Assembly (NCBI GenBank): GCA_964388905.1
Contig: CAYMDG010000001.1
Span: forward strand, 7,686 to 71,685
Direction of reading: 5' to 3'
DNA length: 64,000 nt
Origin: an uncultured Bacteriovoracaceae bacterium
GTDB lineage: Bacteria; Desulfobacterota; Desulfomonilia; UBA1062
Shown: in pieces, positions 59,200-64,000 of the stretch
Position numbering within the stretch: position 1 is the stretch's first letter
How the letters are laid out: each line of letters opens with the position of its first letter
The notes under the pieces: generated by a model
Seen by the model: only the letters and a program-made list of their open reading frames with translations
The model's database searches: none
Told to the model about the DNA's origin: nothing
Program-made: the position numbers and the translations under genes

Positions 59200-61410
59200 C
59201 TAATGGGTAGAAGCGGGAATCTGTTCATTCATCAGATCCCTGACAAAGGCAGTCTTTCTGATATTCTCAAGGTCAGGGTCTTTCTTGATCAGATCCCAGT
59301 TATTAAAGCCTTTTTCAATTGACTGTTTCAACCACCTGATGGATTCATCGGGCATGTCCTGTTTCGCATAGAGGCAGGCAAGATTATAATAGACTTCGGG
59401 GTTGTCAGGCTGTGAGAGTTTCATTTCAAGCAATACATCAAGAGCCTTAGCGTATTCCTGCCTTTGCGAATAGACGAGAACAAGTCCATAGGAGGCCTTG
59501 ACAGAGTCGGATTGAACCGAGATAGCCGCGTGATAACGGGCAATTGCCTGATCGTCTTCACCCAGCTGGCGATAAACATCTCCAAGCCTGGTGAGAAGAA
59601 CAGGATTACGGGGTTGAATCTTCAGCTCTTCCAGTATTCTTGTGATCAGTCCTTCAAGGTTTCTCTGTGCTGCCCTGGCTTTTTCCAAGTCGTTCATTGC
59701 TTCAACATACCCCGGCTTCTCGTGAATCGCTTTCTCATAATATTCTATGGCCTTTTTTAAGTTGCCTTTCCTGAAAAATGCTATCCCAATATTATAATAT
59801 ATACCAGGCTGATGCGGATCCATCCTCGCTTGTTCCAGATAGCTCTTGATCGCTTCATCATAATTCCCTTTTGCAATCAGAACATTCCCGAGGTTGTTAC
59901 GGATATAGCCACTTTGTTGTGGGTTGATCCTTAAACAAGTGCGGTATTCAGCAGCGGCCTCATCGTAGTGGCCGCCGCTGTAGAGGGCGTTCCCGAGATT
60001 ATAATGTGCGTCAAGATAATAAGGTTTGATCTTTACAGATTGACGGTACTCGTGAATGGCACCCTCTATATCTCCTTTCTGAGAAAGGGCAAGCCCAAGG
60101 CCATTATGTGCCATAAAGTTGTCCCTGGTTACCGCAAGGGTGTGGGTGAAGAGCATTTCGGAATTTTTCCAATACCCCACCTGAATCCAGGTCAGTACCA
60201 TCAGAACAAGGAGGATTCCAGGCATTGCTATTACGGCGGCAGTCTTAAAATATCTCCATCTTCCCAACAGTTCGGGTACCCCCCAGCAGACAGCAATGAA
60301 TACGCCGATATACGTGAGGTATGCATAACGGTCTGCAAGTTCAGGCCACAAGCCTGCCTGGAAAAGGCCGAGGAAGGGGACAAGGCCGCCGAGAAACCAA
60401 AGCCAGCCCACAAGAAGATACGGATGACTCAGTACAGTCCGCAGGGCAAGTATTGTCACCAGCACCAGGACAAGAACCGCACCGGTAATCTGCCAGAAGG
60501 GGATCATGTCGGGGTAGGGATAGAAAACCGCCAGATTAGCGGGCCAGAAGAGATTGCCCAGGTATTTTATAGTGGAGACCAGTGCATTTGAAATGCGAAG
60601 ACCCATGGGCGCAAACTCGGCGCCATATAAACCCATACGCTGGTTGGCACCGAGCAGGTTGCTTGCCAGGGAGGCAAATGAGAGAGCCAGGAAAGGGATC
60701 TTTTCAATTATCAGGTTCAAAATGGGCGTGCCTGAGGTTCTCAGCGCCCAAGACTTATCATTTTCATCTTTCCTTTCGATTTGAAGCCTCTTGAGAGGCC
60801 AGAGATCAAGCAGCAGCATGATAAAAGGGAGAGTCATGATAGCGGGCTTGGCCAGCAGACCGAGTTCGAATATCAGCAGAACCAGGAGGTACCTTTTCCA
60901 GCCGGATTTCCTGACATAAAAGAGGTATGCCAGCAATGTCAGCATAAAGAAGAGGCCGCTCAGGACATTGTTCAGTTCCGCTATCCATGCGACCGACTCC
61001 ACATTAATGGGGTGGAGGGCGAACAAGGCACCTACAAAAGCACTCTTCCAGAATTCTCCGGTCGTGTTTTTCAGCAGGGAAAATAGCAGAGCACTGCTGG
61101 CGACATGAAGGGCAAGCATCAGAACATGGAATGCTCCCGGATTTAATCCGAAGACCGCATGGAACGCGGTGTAGGCAAACCAGGTGAGCGGCGCACACCA
61201 GGATTCTGGGCTGAAAGACCAAACAAGATTCTTCCAGCTGAGCCCTGAAAGGACATGGACCTGTTCGGTAAGCTGCAAAGGGTCGTCTATGTGAACAAAG
61301 CCATTGCCGGCCATTCGGGAATATACGAGAGTCGTAGATAGGGTCAAGAAGAGATAGAACAGGAGATTTTGATAACTGACTACGAGCCGGCGGATGGTTC
61401 CCATCTTCAT
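59200..61410 (-). CDS. TMTC/PMT-like GT-C membrane glycosyltransferase with TPR and cap. Closest paralog of 18453..20822.
   Basis: FVHIDDPLQLTEQVHV, ALFALHPINVESVAWIAELNN, cap YYNLACLYAKQDMPDESIRWLKQSIEKGFNNWDLIKKDPDLENIR. Confidence 0.8.
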   Translation of the reverse strand: MKMGTIRRLVVSYQNLLFYLFLTLSTTLVYSRMAGNGFVHIDDPLQLTEQVHVLSGLSWKNLVWSFSPESWCAPLTWFAYTAFHAVFGLNPGAFHVLMLALHVASSALLFSLLKNTTGEFWKSAFVGALFALHPINVESVAWIAELNNVLSGLFFMLTLLAYLFYVRKSGWKRYLLVLLIFELGLLAKPAIMTLPFIMLLLDLWPLKRLQIERKDENDKSWALRTSGTPILNLIIEKIPFLALSFASLASNLLGANQRMGLYGAEFAPMGLRISNALVSTIKYLGNLFWPANLAVFYPYPDMIPFWQITGAVLVLVLVTILALRTVLSHPYLLVGWLWFLGGLVPFLGLFQAGLWPELADRYAYLTYIGVFIAVCWGVPELLGRWRYFKTAAVIAMPGILLVLMVLTWIQVGYWKNSEMLFTHTLAVTRDNFMAHNGLGLALSQKGDIEGAIHEYRQSVKIKPYYLDAHYNLGNALYSGGHYDEAAAEYRTCLRINPQQSGYIRNNLGNVLIAKGNYDEAIKSYLEQARMDPHQPGIYYNIGIAFFRKGNLKKAIEYYEKAIHEKPGYVEAMNDLEKARAAQRNLEGLITRILEELKIQPRNPVLLTRLGDVYRQLGEDDQAIARYHAAISVQSDSVKASYGLVLVYSQRQEYAKALDVLLEMKLSQPDNPEVYYNLACLYAKQDMPDESIRWLKQSIEKGFNNWDLIKKDPDLENIRKTAFVRDLMNEQIPASTH

Positions 61411-61711
61411 AGTGTTTTCATTCCATTTTATTCATTTTTAAAGGCATAACTCTTTTAATGACTTGAGTATAGCTGACTATTGAATGCTGTAACAATAAAA
61501 ATATATGGAGGGAATCGGAAATTATCCAGCTCCTTTTAAAAGTCGGAATACAGTTCCATGTACATATGGAGTGATTTATTTTCCTACAATTAAGGACAAA
61601 GGAGACTAAAGGTGTTTATGCCAAGCATTATTCAAGGCTGTGCCTTCTCGGCCCCTTTGTGAGACAAGTTTCTCTGTGAAAACTATACGGTAAGGAGGTT
61701 ATCAGTATGAA

Positions 61712-61987
61712 GTGAGCACATATTCCAACAATCCAGTTTCCATCAATTATATCGACGAAAACGGTAAAATTATTGATCTTCCAAGTGTAAATGTCATCAT
61801 CAAGTCCTGGGCGTGTACCTTTACTGTAAAGAGCGGTACACGGTTGTATTATTCTGCAGCACTTCAGGGTGGAAGCGATGATATATTTTATGCGACGATT
61901 ACTGTCGATACTTTACAAGTAGATACCTTATCTCAAAAAGGATCAATTGGGCCGGATGTTCTTGAGTTTACGATCCCTCCTGAATGA
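61712..61987 (+). CDS. Small hypothetical protein (91 aa) in an AT-rich region.
   Basis: GTG start 14 nt after a strong TAAGGAGG RBS. An alternative ATG at 61707 gives only MK-stop. No recognisable motifs. Confidence 0.3.
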   Translation: MSTYSNNPVSINYIDENGKIIDLPSVNVIIKSWACTFTVKSGTRLYYSAALQGGSDDIFYATITVDTLQVDTLSQKGSIGPDVLEFTIPPE

Positions 61988-62374
61988 AATACCCCAAATC
62001 AAACCGCAGGGGAATGCATTTAGAAGGGAACTACAGATAACGTGTAGATAACGCGAAACCGGCTTACGCAAGTTCAGAGAGAAAGCGCAGCAGAAATCGG
62101 CGCTTCTGTCAATGCAGTAAAGTCCTGTAATGTGTGAAATAGGATTGCTGTCAATGTGTCGGAAAATTACGTCATGAGAACCTGCGATGCAGTTCCATTT
62201 TTGTGAGTTAACACATATTCCCGGATAAAGAGCAATTCATATCCTTATAGATGAATTCCAAATAACTTCTCATTATTATTGACTCTGGGTTAGATACCTC
62301 ACATTATATCTATAGCGTGTCTTGCAGGTATTATTCTAATCTTAAATTATCTGACTGCGGGGAGGATTGCTGTT

Positions 62375-63367
62375 ATGAAGAAGGCTTTGGTTACCGGCGC
62401 TGCGGGATTTATTGGTTCTCATGTCGTCAGAGAGCTGCTTGATGAAGGTGTGCAGGTGAGGTGCCTGATACGTCCAGGCGAGGCTACAAGTAATCTGGTC
62501 GGGCTTGATATAGAAATGATAACAGGTGACATCCTTGATTCTTCGGCAGTTGAGAAAGCACTTGAAGGGGTGGACACGGTCTTTCACCTTGCCGCCATAT
62601 ACTCCATCTGGATGAAAGACTGGAGCAGGATATACGAGGTCAACATCCAGGGTTCCCGGAATATTTTATGGGCCTGCCTTAAGAAAAACGTTGAAAAGGT
62701 AGTCTATACTAGCTCTATTGCAGCTATCGGTACAGCACAGGGAAAGTCGCTCAGCACAGAGGAGACACCGTTTAATCAGTATACCCTGGGCAATCACTAT
62801 GTTCTCACCAAATACCTATCACAGCAGGAGGCGTTGGGATTTGCGCATAACGGGCTTGATCTTGTAGTGGTGAATCCCTGCTTCCCCTTCGGGCCCATGG
62901 ACTTACCCCCCACACCTACCGGGCAGATTATTGTGGATGTGCTCAAGGGCATAAACCGGTTTTCCTTCAATGGCGGGATCAATATCGCTGATGTCCGTGA
63001 TGTGGCAAAGGGGCATGTCCTTGCTGCCAGGAAGGGCAGGGCAGGGAACCTGTATATTCTGGGCAACAGGAATATCCCCATGGAGGATTTCATGAGGCTG
63101 GTCTGCAAGACAGCAGGGTTTGACGGCAGAATGATCTTGAAACTACCCATCCCTTTGATGAAGGTGAGCACTGCATTTCTCAAGTGGCTGTCTGACCAGG
63201 TGATTCACAAGCCCCCCATGTCTACACCGGCTGAGATCGCCTATGCCTCGCAATACCTCTACTTTAACAACTTGAAAACGGTCAAAGAGCTTGGCCTCAG
63301 TTTCAGGCCGGTGGAGGACTCTCTGCGTGAGTCCATTCAATGGTTCAGAGAGAATGGGTATGCGTAA
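62375..63367 (+). CDS. NAD(P)-dependent epimerase/dehydratase-family protein (extended SDR).
   Basis: ALVTGAAGFIGSHVV Rossmann motif and YxxxK context (YVLTKYL), ~330 aa. Confidence 0.8.
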   Translation: MKKALVTGAAGFIGSHVVRELLDEGVQVRCLIRPGEATSNLVGLDIEMITGDILDSSAVEKALEGVDTVFHLAAIYSIWMKDWSRIYEVNIQGSRNILWACLKKNVEKVVYTSSIAAIGTAQGKSLSTEETPFNQYTLGNHYVLTKYLSQQEALGFAHNGLDLVVVNPCFPFGPMDLPPTPTGQIIVDVLKGINRFSFNGGINIADVRDVAKGHVLAARKGRAGNLYILGNRNIPMEDFMRLVCKTAGFDGRMILKLPIPLMKVSTAFLKWLSDQVIHKPPMSTPAEIAYASQYLYFNNLKTVKELGLSFRPVEDSLRESIQWFRENGYA

Positions 63368-63477
63368 TTGGAGAATATTGAATTAGTTGAAAGACTGGAT
63401 TCCCGCCTTCGCGGGAATGACGCGCAGGTGGGATCTTGCTTTTACAGGAAGGGTTAACATGGGAGGACAGGTAATCA

Positions 63478-64000
63478 TGAACAGGACCGGTCTGAACGAC
63501 AAGCTCCAGAAGATGTTCCATCCTTCCTCGGTTGCAGTAGTAGGCGCATCCGAGGTACCAGTGAAATGGGGAAACCTTATCCTCACATCCATCCTTGGGT
63601 GGGAATACAAGGGGAAGGTGTTCCCGGTGAATCCCAAGAAAGAGCAGATCCTGGGGATCAAGTGCTACCCGAGCATCACTGCCATTCCGGATGCGGTCGA
63701 CCTGGCCGTGCTCGTCATCCCGGCCCAGCATATACCCGCTGCCATGAGGGAATGCGTTGCCAAGGGCATCCCTGCTGTTGTGGTTGTTTCGGCCGGGTTT
63801 AAGGAGATGGGCGAAGAAGGCGCGCTAATTGAAAAAGAGATCGTAGATATTGCCGTCAAGGGCGGCCTTGTATTCATAGGGCCCAACACCATGGGGATAG
63901 CATCGGCCCACAGTCATCTCGAGGCCTTGCCTACTCCGACAGCTCCGAAGCCGGGGGGGCTCGCCATCATCTCACAGAGCGGTAACCTGGGCCTTCAGAT
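63478..64000 (+). CDS. Acyl-CoA synthetase (NDP-forming)/CoA-binding-domain protein, 3'-truncated by the window edge.
   Basis: MFHPSSVAVVGASEVPVKWGN...VFPVNPK...VDLAVLVIPAQ...IGPNTMG matches the succinyl-CoA-synthetase-like CoA-binding fold. Not in the ORF track because no stop is reached. Confidence 0.6.

Noticed and set aside
63345-63892. Minus-strand ORFs 63345..63731, 63383..63661 and 63665..63892
   Set aside because: They are antisense to the partial CoA-binding acyl-CoA synthetase gene starting at 63478, which has clear family motifs.
1-64000. CRISPR arrays, rRNA/tRNA genes, IS elements or phage-defence cassettes
   Set aside because: No direct-repeat/spacer periodicity was seen. The intergenic regions are short and lack GC-rich cloverleaf-like segments. 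There are no transposase, integrase, nuclease or helicase-like ORFs.

Overview
This 64 kb window is almost entirely a cell-envelope glycan and glycosylation island from a Gram-negative bacterium. Coding density is high and there are no rRNA, tRNA, CRISPR or IS-element signatures. Three themes stand out. (1) A 5' operon at 1..5314 encodes two tandem secreted beta-rich repeat proteins, a standalone C39-like cysteine peptidase, an outer-membrane protein with an N-terminal coiled coil, and a FadL/TodX-family outer-membrane protein. This architecture resembles Fap-type (functional amyloid or fibre) export operons, and two further paralogs of the secreted substrate sit elsewhere in the window. (2) Six paralogous TMTC/PMT-like GT-C membrane glycosyltransferases carry C-terminal TPR arrays, and three other polytopic membrane-TPR proteins accompany them. 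Interleaved with these are four Dpm1/ArnC/GtrB-like polyprenyl-phosphate sugar synthases (one fused to a methyltransferase). Sugar-nucleotide tailoring genes are also present: gmd and fcl, WecE/WecD/WecF-like enzymes, a WbuX/HisH/HisF-like acetamidino trio, DegT aminotransferases, LbH acetyltransferases and SAM methyltransferases. A Wzx-like flippase and a UPF0104 protein complete the set. Together they suggest a periplasmic glycosylation system fed by lipid-linked monosaccharides. (3) A conserved ~65-residue C-terminal cap (YYN[IL]AC..A......ES[VL].WL..A...GF.....L.TD.DL.NIR) ends 11 proteins of four different N-terminal architectures, including two tandem SGNH-like partners of an MBOAT O-acyltransferase. 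The second SGNH-like copy is preceded by a visible duplication scar of the MBOAT 3' end. Also present are two WG/PD40-like repeat proteins flanking one GT-C gene, a PEP-CTERM-like protein, and clear bidirectional rho-independent terminators.
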